A stretch of DNA of 64,000 nt from Nibricoccus sp. (GCA_047602425.1 JASGHG010000001.1:3008001-3072000), one strand, 5' to 3'; counted from the first letter of the stretch, positions 27,149-36,965 are shown. A program made the numbers and translations. Notes: generated by a model not told the origin, from the sequence alone.

Positions 27149-27730
27149 ATGAGCAGTTACACACCCGTCCTCAAAAAACTCTACACCGAGCAGGTCGTTG
27201 CCGAGCTCGTGAAGAGCCGCGGCTACAAGAACAAGCACCAGATCCCGAAGATCACCAAGATCGTGCTTAACACCGGTATCGATGCCGATGCCGACAAGAA
27301 CCAGATCGCCGACGCCGCTCGCGACCTCGGCCTCATCGCCGGTCAAAAGCCCGTGCTTACCCGCACCCGCAAGGCGATCTCGAACTTCAAGCTGAAGCCC
27401 AACCAGGTCGTTGGCGCTTTCGTTACCCTCCGTGGCAATGCCATGTGGGAATTCCTTTACCGCCTCCTCGCCGTCGCTCTCCCGACCATCCGCGACTTCC
27501 GCGGTGTTTCGCCCAAGCTTGACGGCCAGGGCAACTACAACCTCGGCGTCACCGACTTCACCATCTTCCCCGAAATCACCGTGGAAAACGTGAAGAAACA
27601 AATGGGCCTCGACATCACCATCGTCACCACCGCTGAGACCGACGAAGAAGGTCGCGAACTACTCAAGCTCCTCGGCATGCCCTTCCGTCGTTCGGAAGCC
27701 GCTCCGGCCAAAGCCAACAACGCCGCGTAA
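27149..27730 (+). CDS. rplE: 50S ribosomal protein L5
   Basis: PKITKIVLN, GQKP, VTLRG, RDFRG, DGQGNYNLG, IFPEI. Confidence 0.99.
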   Translation: MSSYTPVLKKLYTEQVVAELVKSRGYKNKHQIPKITKIVLNTGIDADADKNQIADAARDLGLIAGQKPVLTRTRKAISNFKLKPNQVVGAFVTLRGNAMWEFLYRLLAVALPTIRDFRGVSPKLDGQGNYNLGVTDFTIFPEITVENVKKQMGLDITIVTTAETDEEGRELLKLLGMPFRRSEAAPAKANNAA

Positions 27731-27750
27731 TTTCAAAATAGCTCATCGCC

Positions 27751-28056
27751 ATGCCGAAAACCTCCGCCATCGAACGCAACAAGAAGCGCATCCGCCTCGT
27801 TGAAAAATACAAGGTCAAGCGCGCCGAGCTGAAAGCGATCCTCGCCAACCCCGCCACGCCCGACGAAGAGTTCTTCGCCGCGCAGAAAAAGCTGGCCAAG
27901 CTCCCCCGCAATTCCTCGGCCGTCCGCGTCCGCAACCGCTGCTCGCTCTCCGGCCGCCCTCGCGGTTTCAAGCGCAAGTACGGCGTCTCCCGTCTCACCT
28001 TCCGCGAACTCGCGCTCGCCGGCAAAATCCCCGGCGTCACGAAATCCTCCTGGTAA
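27751..28056 (+). CDS. rpsN: 30S ribosomal protein S14, long zinc-independent type
   Basis: 101 aa, [31 protein letters not shown]; only one Cys. Confidence 0.98.
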   Translation: MPKTSAIERNKKRIRLVEKYKVKRAELKAILANPATPDEEFFAAQKKLAKLPRNSSAVRVRNRCSLSGRPRGFKRKYGVSRLTFRELALAGKIPGVTKSSW

Positions 28057-28109
28057 ACTTTTTAGCCGGGAGTCGGATATGACCCGGCGACAACCAACCA
28101 ACATCCACC

Positions 28110-28502
28110 ATGACCGATCCAGTCAGTGACTTCCTCACCCGCCTCCGCAATGCGTCGAAGGCCGGACTCGCCGAATGCGTTTGCCCGCATTCCAAACTCA
28201 AGGAAAGCCTCGCCGGCATCCTTGCCGCCGAAGGCTATGTCTCCGGACACAGCAACGGCACCGACGAACTGGGCCACAAGACCCTCGTCGTGAAAATGAA
28301 GTACGTCGATAACGCTCCCGCGATCACGAACCTCACCCGCGTTTCCACGCCGGGCCGCCGCCTCTACTACCGCTACACCGAAATTCCGCGCGTCCTCAAC
28401 GGCCTCGGCATCAGCATCCTCTCGACTTCGAAAGGCCTGCTGAAAGACCAAGACTGCCGCCGCCAGAAGCTGGGTGGTGAACTCGTCTGCAACGTCTGGT
28501 AA
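28110..28502 (+). CDS. rpsH: 30S ribosomal protein S8
   Basis: MTDPVSDFLTRLRNA, RVSTPGRRLY, GGELVC. Confidence 0.99.
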   Translation: MTDPVSDFLTRLRNASKAGLAECVCPHSKLKESLAGILAAEGYVSGHSNGTDELGHKTLVVKMKYVDNAPAITNLTRVSTPGRRLYYRYTEIPRVLNGLGISILSTSKGLLKDQDCRRQKLGGELVCNVW

Positions 28503-28519
28503 CCGGAGATCGAATACAC

Positions 28520-29056
28520 ATGTCCCGCATCGGCAAAGTTCCCGTTCCCATTCCTGACAAAGTCAAAGTCGCCATCACCGATGGCACTGTTCTTGTTGAA
28601 GGACCAAAAGGAAAAGTTTCCAAAACGTTTTCTCCCGTCGTGAAGATCACCGTGGCCGACAAAAAGGTCACCGTGGCTCCCCTCGAGGAAACCCGTTTCG
28701 CCGGCGCCATGTATGGCACCGCGCGCTCCATCATCGCCGGCATGGTTAAAGGCGTGACCGAAGGCTACACCAAGGAGCTCGAAATCCAAGGCGTCGGCTT
28801 CAAGGCCAACCTCAAGGGCAAGCAGCTCGACCTCGCGCTCGGCTACTCGCACCCGATCCTCTTCGACATCCCGGAGGGCATCAAGATCACCGTCACCGAC
28901 CAGACCAAGCTCAAGATCGAAGGTGCTGACAAGCAGCTCGTCGGAGCCGTCACCGCCAACATCCGCGCCTACTATCCGCCCGAGCCTTACAAGGGCAAAG
29001 GTGTCCGTATCGTTGGCGAACGCGTCCGCCGCAAGGAAGGCAAGACCGTCGCTTAA
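28520..29056 (+). CDS. rplF: 50S ribosomal protein L6
   Basis: MSRIGKVPV, PEPYKGKGVR. Confidence 0.99.
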   Translation: MSRIGKVPVPIPDKVKVAITDGTVLVEGPKGKVSKTFSPVVKITVADKKVTVAPLEETRFAGAMYGTARSIIAGMVKGVTEGYTKELEIQGVGFKANLKGKQLDLALGYSHPILFDIPEGIKITVTDQTKLKIEGADKQLVGAVTANIRAYYPPEPYKGKGVRIVGERVRRKEGKTVA

Positions 29057-29109
29057 TCGCGAACCGGTTGCTCCTCCTAAATCGCAAACTTTAAAACACA
29101 GATTCCAAA

Positions 29110-29472
29110 GTGAACACTATCCGCAAAGCAGACCTGCTCCAGAAACGCCGCTGGAGAATCCGCAAGAAGGTCAAAGGCACCGCCGAACGTCCGCGCCTCG
29201 CCGTTCGTTTCTCCGGCAAGCACATTTACGCCCAAGCCATCAACGACGACACCGCCAAGACCCTCGTCTTTCTGTCGAGCCTCGACGCCGAACTTCGCAA
29301 AAAGAAGCTCGCCGCCAACCTCGCCGGCGCGAAGGAACTCGGTGCCGCTTTCGCCTCCAAGGCCAAGGCCGCCGGTGTCAACACCGTCGTCTTCGACCGC
29401 TCTGGCGCTCCCTACCACGGTAAAGTTAAAGTATTCGCAGAAGCCGCTCGTGAAGGCGGTCTCGTATTCTAA
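29110..29472 (+). CDS. rplR: 50S ribosomal protein L18
   Basis: RPRLAV, HIYAQ, VVFDR, YHGKVK; GTG start. Confidence 0.98.
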   Translation: MNTIRKADLLQKRRWRIRKKVKGTAERPRLAVRFSGKHIYAQAINDDTAKTLVFLSSLDAELRKKKLAANLAGAKELGAAFASKAKAAGVNTVVFDRSGAPYHGKVKVFAEAAREGGLVF

Positions 29473-29478
29473 TCACAC

Positions 29479-30087
29479 ATGAGCACCGAAACCAATTCTC
29501 CGACCTCCCCGGAAGCCGCTCCTGCACCTTCTGGCCAGCCTCGCGAATCCTATCGCGGTGGCGGTCGCCGTGATTCCAATCGCGGACCCCGTCGTGACAA
29601 CCGCAGCCCTGAAAAGGCCGAGGGCGAATCCGACATGGTCGAAAAAGTCGTCTTCATCAACCGCTGCGCCAAAGTCGTTAAAGGCGGCCGTCGTTTCAGC
29701 TTCTCCGCGCTCGCCGTCGTCGGCGATCGCAAGGGCAACATCGGCATCGGCTACGGCAAGGCAAACGAAGTGCCGGACGCCATCAAGAAGAGCACAGAGC
29801 ACGCCAAGAAGCACCTCGTCAACGTCAAGCTCAAGGGTGATACCATCCCCCACGACGTTCTCGGCGAATACGACGGTGGCCGAGTTCTCCTCAAGCCCGC
29901 GTCGCCTGGTACCGGCCTCATCGCTGGTGGCGGTGTGCGTGCTGTGCTTGAAGCTGCTGGCGTCAAGAACGTGCTGACGAAGTCGATGGGCTCGAACAAC
30001 CACATTGCCGTGGTTCACGCGACCCTCAACGGTCTCCGCCAGCTTCGCCTCGCCGAGCAGATCAAAGCGACCCGCCAAGCCTCTTAA
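29479..30087 (+). CDS. rpsE: 30S ribosomal protein S5
   Basis: [23 protein letters not shown]. Confidence 0.99.
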   Translation: MSTETNSPTSPEAAPAPSGQPRESYRGGGRRDSNRGPRRDNRSPEKAEGESDMVEKVVFINRCAKVVKGGRRFSFSALAVVGDRKGNIGIGYGKANEVPDAIKKSTEHAKKHLVNVKLKGDTIPHDVLGEYDGGRVLLKPASPGTGLIAGGGVRAVLEAAGVKNVLTKSMGSNNHIAVVHATLNGLRQLRLAEQIKATRQAS

Positions 30088-30148
30088 TTAAAATCATCCG
30101 AGTCCTGCCCGCATAACCAAGCGGGTAGGGCGCTATCGAGGAACACAA

Positions 30149-30595
30149 ATGAAACTTCACGAACTCAAGAACGTTAAAGGTGCTGTGCACCGCAAGAAGC
30201 GCGTAGGCTGCGGCGAAGGCAGCGGCCACGGCAAGACCTCGGGCAAAGGTGGCAAAGGCCAGACCGCCCGTTCCGGTGGCTCCATCCGCCCCGGTTTTGA
30301 AGGCGGCCAGATGCCCCTTTACCGCAAGCTCCCGCACCGCGGCTTCAACAACTACAACTTCCGCACCAGCTACGCCACGATCAACGTTGGCGACCTCGCG
30401 GCGCTCGATGCCTCGGTTTCCGAGGTCAATGCCGAGGTTCTCAGCCAGGCCGGTCTCATCCGGGCTGACGGTGCTCAGCTCAAGATTCTTGGCACGGGAG
30501 AAATCAGCCGCGCGCTGAAGGTCACCGCCGCCAAGTTCTCCGAGTCCGCCAAGGCGAAACTCGAGAAGGCTGGTGGCCAGGCTATCGTCGCCTGA
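30149..30595 (+). CDS. rplO: 50S ribosomal protein L15
   Basis: GSGHGKTSG, GFEGGQMPLYRKLP. Confidence 0.99.
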   Translation: MKLHELKNVKGAVHRKKRVGCGEGSGHGKTSGKGGKGQTARSGGSIRPGFEGGQMPLYRKLPHRGFNNYNFRTSYATINVGDLAALDASVSEVNAEVLSQAGLIRADGAQLKILGTGEISRALKVTAAKFSESAKAKLEKAGGQAIVA

Positions 30596-30602
30596 GCCCT
30601 TC

Positions 30603-30661
30603 AAATCTGGAATTCGAAATCGGAATTTAACCAATTCATACTGGCTAAATCCGATTTCGAA
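30603..30661. repeat. Heptamer-periodic inverted repeat between rplO and secY
   Basis: TTCGAAATCGGAATTTA (30613-29) versus TAAATCCGATTTCGAA (30646-61); AAATCTG GAATTCG AAATCGG periodicity. Confidence 0.65.
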
Positions 30662-30700
30662 CTCAAAGATCGTCCTTTTTCAATCTGACCACATAACCCC

Positions 30701-32185
30701 GTGCTATCCGCATTCACGAACTCGATGAAGATTCCCGAGCTCCGCTCGCGAATTTTCTACACCTTGGCACTGTTGTTCATTGCGCGTGTTGGCGCGCATA
30801 TCCCGCTCCCGGGTATCGATCCCGAACCACTCGCGACCTTCTTCGCGACGCAGTCCGGCGGCGTGGGTGGCAACATGGCCGCCATGTACAACATGTTCAC
30901 GGGTGGCGCGCTCATGAAAGGTGCGATCTGCGCGTTGGGCATCATGCCTTATATCAGTGCGTCGATTATTTTCCAGCTGATGGCGGCGGTTGTTCCGGCT
31001 CTTAGTCGTTTGCAGCAAGAAGGCGACGTCGGTCGTCAGAAGCTGACGCAGTACACCCGTTATGCGACGGTGATCATCTGCGTTGTGCAGGCTGTTTTGT
31101 TGATTCTCACGCTCGAAAATCCCGCCAAACTCTTCGGTCAAGGGTTCTCCGGAACGATTGTCATCATGCCCCATTGGAGCTTCCTGATGACGTCGGTTAT
31201 TTTCCTGACTGCCGGCACGATGCTCTTGATGTGGCTCGGCGAACAAATCACGCAGCGCGGCATTGGCAATGGCGTCTCGCTCCTGATCACGGTCGGCATT
31301 TTGGCCGACATCCCGGGTGCAGCCAGCGCGACTTACCACCTCTTCTTCGGTGCGATTGGCGTTAAAAAATTGAATGCCCTTCACGCCTCCGTGATGATCG
31401 CTCTCTTTGTCGCGGTCATCGTGTTCATCATCCTGATCGTGCAGGGTCAGCGCAAAATTCCGGTTCAGTATGCCAAGCGCGTCGTCGGCAACAAAGTCAT
31501 GGGCGGCCAGAGCTCATTCCTCCCGCTGAAGATCAATTACTCCGGCGTTATGCCCGTCATCTTCGCCAGCGCGATCCTGATGTTCCCCCAGCAGATTTTC
31601 TCTTGGTTGGGTTCGATCATGGATTGGAAGTGGATGGTTGAATTTTCGGCCAATCTTCTCCGCGGTCACTGGACCTATTACACCGGCTATACATTGCTCA
31701 TCCTTTTCTTCAGCTATTTCTGGGTCTCGGTTATGTTCAAGCCGATCCAGATCGCCGATGATCTCAAGAAATACGGCGGCTACATTCCCGGCGTTCGTCC
31801 CGGTGAACCGACTGCTAGTTTCCTCGATTTCATCATGACCCGCATGACGCTGGCCGGCGCCATCGCGCTCACCGCCATCGCGGTTACTCCCGATATTCTC
31901 CTCTTTGAACTCAACGTTCCGCAGCGCGTCGCCTACTTCTTCGGTGGCACGGGTATGCTGATCACCGTGGGCGTCATCCTCGACACCATGCGCCAGGTTG
32001 AGACGTTCCTCCTCCAGCGCCATTACGACGGCTTCCTCAAAAAAGGCCGTATCCGTTCGCGCAACCCAGCGGTGGCCAGCGCCATTGGCGAGGCTGCCGA
32101 CATGAAAACCGTGGGCAAACTCTGGGTTGTCCTCGGCGCGCTGTTCCTCACCGGTATCATTGCTTGGGCTGCGAAACATCTGTAA
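30701..32185 (+). CDS. secY: Preprotein translocase subunit SecY
   Basis: ALGIMPYISASII, WLGEQIT.RGIGNGVSL, GVMPVIFAS, IPGVRPG. Confidence 0.99.
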   Translation: MLSAFTNSMKIPELRSRIFYTLALLFIARVGAHIPLPGIDPEPLATFFATQSGGVGGNMAAMYNMFTGGALMKGAICALGIMPYISASIIFQLMAAVVPALSRLQQEGDVGRQKLTQYTRYATVIICVVQAVLLILTLENPAKLFGQGFSGTIVIMPHWSFLMTSVIFLTAGTMLLMWLGEQITQRGIGNGVSLLITVGILADIPGAASATYHLFFGAIGVKKLNALHASVMIALFVAVIVFIILIVQGQRKIPVQYAKRVVGNKVMGGQSSFLPLKINYSGVMPVIFASAILMFPQQIFSWLGSIMDWKWMVEFSANLLRGHWTYYTGYTLLILFFSYFWVSVMFKPIQIADDLKKYGGYIPGVRPGEPTASFLDFIMTRMTLAGAIALTAIAVTPDILLFELNVPQRVAYFFGGTGMLITVGVILDTMRQVETFLLQRHYDGFLKKGRIRSRNPAVASAIGEAADMKTVGKLWVVLGALFLTGIIAWAAKHL

Positions 32186-32208
32186 TCGCGTCCAATTCGT
32201 TCTTTACT

Positions 32209-32682
32209 TTGGTCCGGCAGTCTTCACTTTCTGACCTCTTTTCCGATTTCGGCGCCTTCGCCAAAATTAGAATCCTGTTCCTTGGTTTGCCGAGTTCTCA
32301 GACAGAAAACTTGATGAACCAAACCCGTTCTTTGAATATTGAGCACGTCTCTCCCGCTGGTCTGATGCAGCAGGAGATTTCGCGTCGCACCGCTCTCGGC
32401 CTCGCTGCCGAAAAAGCGGCCCGTCACGGCAAAACCGTCGACGACGAAACCACGCTTGCGCTGATGCGCCGTTGGTTTTGGGCGCGCAAACCTGATGCGG
32501 GATTCGCCCTTACCGGATTCCCGGCTACGCTGCTCCAAGCTAAAGTGTTCGATGAATGGCTCGAAGCCCGCGACGAATCCCTCCACGGAGTGATCGTCGG
32601 CACCGAGGTTTCGGCCCGTTCCGTTGTCGAACATTACCGCACGCACGGCCTCGCCATCGAGGCCGACCAAATCGCCGCCTGA
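32209..32682 (+). CDS. Degenerate adenylate-kinase-like protein (start uncertain: TTG 32209 or ATG 32314)
   Basis: At the adk position between secY and map; 'RILFLG', 'IEHVSPAGLMQQEI', 'VDDETT', 'GFALTGFPATLLQA', 'VVEHY' track the Adk fold, but no GxPGxGKGT and no LID. Confidence 0.7.
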   Translation: MVRQSSLSDLFSDFGAFAKIRILFLGLPSSQTENLMNQTRSLNIEHVSPAGLMQQEISRRTALGLAAEKAARHGKTVDDETTLALMRRWFWARKPDAGFALTGFPATLLQAKVFDEWLEARDESLHGVIVGTEVSARSVVEHYRTHGLAIEADQIAA

Positions 32683-32683
32683 C

Positions 32684-33490
32684 ATGATCCCGATCAAAAA
32701 CAAAGAGGGAATCGCCCGGATGCGAGATGCGTGTGCCGTCGCCGCCTCGGTACTGCAACAGCTCAAACAGCGTGTTGCCCCGGGAATCTCGACGTATGAC
32801 TTGGATCAGGCTGCCCGCGAACTCATCGCGCAGCACGGAGCAAAAAGCGCCTGTTACGGCTACCAGATCGGCCACCGCCGATACCCAGCCTACAGTTGCC
32901 TCTCGGTGAACGAAGAAGTCGTTCACGGAATTGGTTCGCTAAAACGCATCCTCCGCGAGGGAGACATTATTTCGCTCGATGTCGTCGTTCAGTACAACGG
33001 CTACATCGGCGACAACGCCACCACCGTCAAAATCGGCCAGGTGCAACCCCGGGTCGACGAGCTCTTGCGCGTCACCGAGGAAGCCCTCGCCCTCGGCATC
33101 AAGCAGGCCACGGTCGGAAATCGCATCGGCGATATCTCCGAGTCCGTCCAGAAGTTTGTCGAGTCGCACGGTTTCAGCGTTGTTCGCGAAATGGTCGGCC
33201 ATGGCGTAGGTGTTTCGATGCACGAGGAACCGCAGATCCCGAATTTCCTCGATCGCAAAAAAGCGAAAACCGAACTCATCCGTCCCGGCATGACCCTCGC
33301 GATCGAACCCATGGTCAACATGGGCGGCTACCGCACCCGCACTCTGGCCGATGGCTGGACGGTGGTTACGGCAGATGGTTCCCCCTCCGCCCATTTCGAA
33401 CACACGGTGCTCACGACAGATCAAGGCCCCGAGATCCTCACGATCCCGCGCGCTGTTTCTCCCGCTGCCGCCAAGCCGGCCGCATCTTAA
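32684..33490 (+). CDS. map: Methionine aminopeptidase type I
   Basis: SVNEEVVHGI, GHGVG..MHEEP, AIEPM, SAHFEHT. Confidence 0.98.
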   Translation: MIPIKNKEGIARMRDACAVAASVLQQLKQRVAPGISTYDLDQAARELIAQHGAKSACYGYQIGHRRYPAYSCLSVNEEVVHGIGSLKRILREGDIISLDVVVQYNGYIGDNATTVKIGQVQPRVDELLRVTEEALALGIKQATVGNRIGDISESVQKFVESHGFSVVREMVGHGVGVSMHEEPQIPNFLDRKKAKTELIRPGMTLAIEPMVNMGGYRTRTLADGWTVVTADGSPSAHFEHTVLTTDQGPEILTIPRAVSPAAAKPAAS

Positions 33491-33528
33491 TTTTCACTTT
33501 CCAAACTAAACTCTAACTCAAACCAAAC

Positions 33529-33909
33529 ATGCCACGTCTACTCGGTGTAGAAATTCCCGCGAAGAAGAAAGTCGCGTATTCCCTCCGTTACATTTACGGA
33601 ATCGGGCCTCAGCGCGCTGACCAGATCATTCAAGAAGCCAGCATTGATGCCAACATGCGCGCCTCGGATCTTTCCGAAGAGCAGCTCAACAAGATCCTCA
33701 CGATCATCACCGAGCACAAGTGGGTGGTCGAAGGCGATCTCCGCCGCGAGATCACCGGCAATCTCAAGCGCCTCCAGGCGATCAACTGCTACCGTGGTGT
33801 CCGTCACCGCAAGAGCCTGCCCGTCCGCGGTCAGCGCACCAGCACCAACGCCCGTACCCGCAAGGGCCCGCGTCGCACGGTCGGCGTCACCAAAGCTAAA
33901 GAAGCATAA
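33529..33909 (+). CDS. rpsM: 30S ribosomal protein S13
   Basis: [28 protein letters not shown]. Confidence 0.99.
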   Translation: MPRLLGVEIPAKKKVAYSLRYIYGIGPQRADQIIQEASIDANMRASDLSEEQLNKILTIITEHKWVVEGDLRREITGNLKRLQAINCYRGVRHRKSLPVRGQRTSTNARTRKGPRRTVGVTKAKEA

Positions 33910-33921
33910 TCCTTACACGTC

Positions 33922-34521
33922 ATGGCTGAAGAAAAGTCCGCTCCCAAAAAAGCTCCCAAGAAGGAAGCCGCTCCGGCCGCCGCCGGTACCGAAGGCAAGG
34001 CCCCGGCCGCTGAAAAGCCCGTCAAGGCTCCTGCTGCCGAACAGGCTGCCGCACCCGCTGCTACCGACAAACCCGTCGAGCTCATCGGCGGTGTCGCCAA
34101 GCAGCCCACCGCTGAGGACCTCCTCAAGGAAGAACTGGGCACCATCAAGGTCCGCAAGGCCAAGGGTTCCAAGAACGTCACTTCCGGCGTCGCCCACATC
34201 CTCGCTTCTTTCAACAACACGATCGTCTCCATAACCGACGCCAAGGGCCAAGTCATCGCCTGGTCCAGCGCCGGCAAGTGCAACTTCCGCGGCTCCCGTA
34301 AGTCCACCGCTTACGCCGCTCAGGTCGTCGCCCAGGATGCCGCCCGCAACGCCATGTCCCACGGACTCAAGGACGTTGTCATCGAAGTCAGCGGTCCCGG
34401 CCTCGGTCGTGATTCCGCCATCCGTGCCCTCCAGGCCATCGGCCTCGAAATCGTATCGATCGTCGACGTCACGCCCGTTCCGCACAACGGCTGCCGCTCG
34501 CGCAAACGTCGTCGCGTGTAA
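33922..34521 (+). CDS. rpsK: 30S ribosomal protein S11 with long Ala/Pro/Lys N-terminal extension
   Basis: [32 protein letters not shown]. Confidence 0.99.
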   Translation: MAEEKSAPKKAPKKEAAPAAAGTEGKAPAAEKPVKAPAAEQAAAPAATDKPVELIGGVAKQPTAEDLLKEELGTIKVRKAKGSKNVTSGVAHILASFNNTIVSITDAKGQVIAWSSAGKCNFRGSRKSTAYAAQVVAQDAARNAMSHGLKDVVIEVSGPGLGRDSAIRALQAIGLEIVSIVDVTPVPHNGCRSRKRRRV

Positions 34522-34536
34522 GCGCGCTTCGCACGC

Positions 34537-34564
34537 GATCTGAAATCACAAATCTCAAATCTAA
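34537..34564 (+). repeat. Tandem heptamer repeat
   Basis: GATCTGA AATCACA AATCTCA AATCTAA. Confidence 0.7.
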
Positions 34565-34576
34565 AATTTTCCCGCC

Positions 34577-35188
34577 ATGGCTCGTTATACCGGCCCAACC
34601 ACCCGAATCAGCCGCCGTTTTTCCCAGCCGCTCTTCGGCGCCACGAAGGCATTCGAAAAACGCAACTATCCTCCCGGCCAGCACGGCCCCAAGCTCCGTC
34701 GCAAACTCTCCGAGTACGCCGTCGGCCTCAACGAAAAGCAGAAGCTCCGTTACATCTACGGCCTGCTTGAACGCCAGTTCCGTCGCGTCTTCGAGATGGC
34801 CAAACGCGAACGCGGCGTCACCGGCGAACGCTTCCTCCAACTCCTCGAGACCCGTCTCGACAGCGTTGTTTATCTCCTCGGCCTCGCCAAGTCCCGCGCT
34901 GCCGCCCGCCAGTTCGTCAACCACGGCCACATCCGCGTCAACGGCCATAAGGTCGACATCGCCAGCTACAACGTCCAGGCCGGCGACGAGATCGAGGTCA
35001 AGAACACGCCCGGCTCCCGTCAGCTCGCCACGCGCTGCCTCGAAGAAAACCGCGCTCGCAACGTTCCCGGCTGGCTCACGCTCAACGCCGAAGCCTTCAA
35101 GGCCACTGTCAATCGTCTGCCTAACCGCGACGAGATGGAGCCCGGCATCAACGAACAGCTCATCGTCGAGTTCTATTCTCGCTTCTGA
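34577..35188 (+). CDS. rpsD: 30S ribosomal protein S4
   Basis: MARYTGP, PPGQHG, EKQKLR, LETRLD, IVEFYSR. Confidence 0.99.
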   Translation: MARYTGPTTRISRRFSQPLFGATKAFEKRNYPPGQHGPKLRRKLSEYAVGLNEKQKLRYIYGLLERQFRRVFEMAKRERGVTGERFLQLLETRLDSVVYLLGLAKSRAAARQFVNHGHIRVNGHKVDIASYNVQAGDEIEVKNTPGSRQLATRCLEENRARNVPGWLTLNAEAFKATVNRLPNRDEMEPGINEQLIVEFYSRF

Positions 35189-35246
35189 GCCAGTTCGTCT
35201 CTAACCCAAACCTCTTCTCATTCCTTAACCTGCAGAGTTCATCGCC

Positions 35247-36248
35247 ATGCCAAAACGTCTCGGAAAGTTCGAACTCCCCTCAAAGCTCACCAAAGTCGAG
35301 GAAGGCGCTACGCCGACCTACGCCAAGTTCGTCGCAGAACCCTTCGAGGCCGGTTACGGCCACACCATCGGCAATTCCCTTCGCCGCGTCCTGCTGAGCT
35401 CCATCGAAGGTTCAGCCATCTCCTCGATCAAAATCGAGTCCGTCAACCACGAGTTCCAGAGCATCGATGGTGTCGTTGAAGATGTCACCGACATCGTTCT
35501 CAACCTGAAGAAAATCCTCATCGTCTCACAAAAACGCGAACCCGTCACGCTGTCCATCAAGGTCAACCGTGAAGGTCCCGTCACCGCAGCCGACATCCAA
35601 GCCGATCCCGCCATCCAGATCATCAATCCCGAGCAGGTCATCTGCACCCTCGATAAAGCCCGCACCTTCGAGGCCGAGATCGAGATCAAGACCGGCCGCG
35701 GCTACTATCCCGGCGAACAGAACAAGAAGGAAGACCAAGCCATCGGCGTCATCCCGATCGATTCCCTCTTTAGTCCGGTTCGGCTCGTGAAGTACGCGGT
35801 TGAAGCGACTCGCGTTGGCCAGATCACCGACTACGACAAGCTCAACCTCGAAGTCTGGACCGACGGCCGCATCACACCGGACGACGCCCTCAAGCAGTCC
35901 GCCTCGATCCTCAAGCACCACCTCGACGTCTTCGATCGCGTCAGCGACGAGTCCTTCGAATTCGAAAGCCAGCAGAGCGAAGTCAGCGAAGAGCAGAACA
36001 AGCTCCGCAAGCTTCTCAACATGTCGGTCAACGAAATCGAGCTCTCCGTCCGCGCCGCGAACTGCCTGAACAACGCCAACATCACCACCGTCGGCGAACT
36101 CGCGATGAAGACCGAGCAGGAGATGCTCAAGTACCGCAACTTCGGCAAGAAGTCCCTCAACGAAATCAAGGAAAAGCTCGAAGCCCTCGGCCTCTCTCTC
36201 GGCATGAAGTTCGACGAGCGCCTCCTCGACAACAAGAAGGAAGCCTAA
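35247..36248 (+). CDS. rpoA: RNA polymerase alpha subunit
   Basis: GYGHTIGNSLRRVLLSSI, ELSVRAANCL, NFGKKSLNEI. Confidence 0.99.
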   Translation: MPKRLGKFELPSKLTKVEEGATPTYAKFVAEPFEAGYGHTIGNSLRRVLLSSIEGSAISSIKIESVNHEFQSIDGVVEDVTDIVLNLKKILIVSQKREPVTLSIKVNREGPVTAADIQADPAIQIINPEQVICTLDKARTFEAEIEIKTGRGYYPGEQNKKEDQAIGVIPIDSLFSPVRLVKYAVEATRVGQITDYDKLNLEVWTDGRITPDDALKQSASILKHHLDVFDRVSDESFEFESQQSEVSEEQNKLRKLLNMSVNEIELSVRAANCLNNANITTVGELAMKTEQEMLKYRNFGKKSLNEIKEKLEALGLSLGMKFDERLLDNKKEA

Positions 36249-36263
36249 CCGCGCGTTGCGCGG

Positions 36264-36350
36264 CAAACGCCAATACTCAAACGCCAAATTTCAAAAAATC
36301 CCAATCTTCCGACTGTCTTTTGGCATTTGGAATTTTGGGATTTGAGATTT
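36264..36350. repeat. Heptamer-periodic imperfect inverted repeat between rpoA and rplQ
   Basis: CAAACGC CAATACT CAAACGC CAAATTT CAAAAAATCCCAA ... TTTGGCA TTTGGAA TTTTGGGA TTTGAGA TTT. Confidence 0.7.
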
Positions 36351-36436
36351 TAACCCAATTTTGGCTCTCGCGCCGTCCGTGTTGCGCAACGCTGCGACCG
36401 GAAAGCCGATCGGGGGCCAACCAATAAACAAATACA

Positions 36437-36940
36437 ATGCGTCATAACAAACATCGTGCCTCCCTCGGCGTGACTCGCGAACACCGCGAAGCCATGCTCT
36501 CCAACCTTGCCGCCTCGCTCATCCAGCACGGCCGCATCAAAACCACGCTGACGAAGGCCAAGGCCCTCCGTCCCTTCATCGAGAAGCTCATCACCAAGGC
36601 CAAGAAAGCCGCGGCGAAGACCGAGAAGAAGGACGCCCTTCACCTGCGCCGTCTGGCCCATGCCGACCTTCGCGACGAGAACGCCCTTACCGCTCTCTTC
36701 AACGAGAAGCACAAGGAGTTCACCAACCGCAACGGCGGCTACACCCGCATCTACAAGCTCGGCGCGCCCCGTCTCAACGACGCCGCCGAAATGGCCCTGA
36801 TCGAATTCGTGAAGGCCGACGACACCGGCTACAAAAAGAGCAAGCGCAAGTCCGGCAAGAGCAAGAAAGCTGCCGCTGCCGAAGTCGCTCCTGCGGCTGA
36901 AGCGCCCGCCGCTCCCGCCGAAGGCCAGGCTCAAGCCTAA
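36437..36940 (+). CDS. rplQ: 50S ribosomal protein L17
   Basis: MRH, IKTTLTKAKALR, RNGGYTRI. Confidence 0.99.
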   Translation: MRHNKHRASLGVTREHREAMLSNLAASLIQHGRIKTTLTKAKALRPFIEKLITKAKKAAAKTEKKDALHLRRLAHADLRDENALTALFNEKHKEFTNRNGGYTRIYKLGAPRLNDAAEMALIEFVKADDTGYKKSKRKSGKSKKAAAAEVAPAAEAPAAPAEGQAQA

Positions 36941-36965
36941 GCTCTGGATCTTCTTACGATTTACG

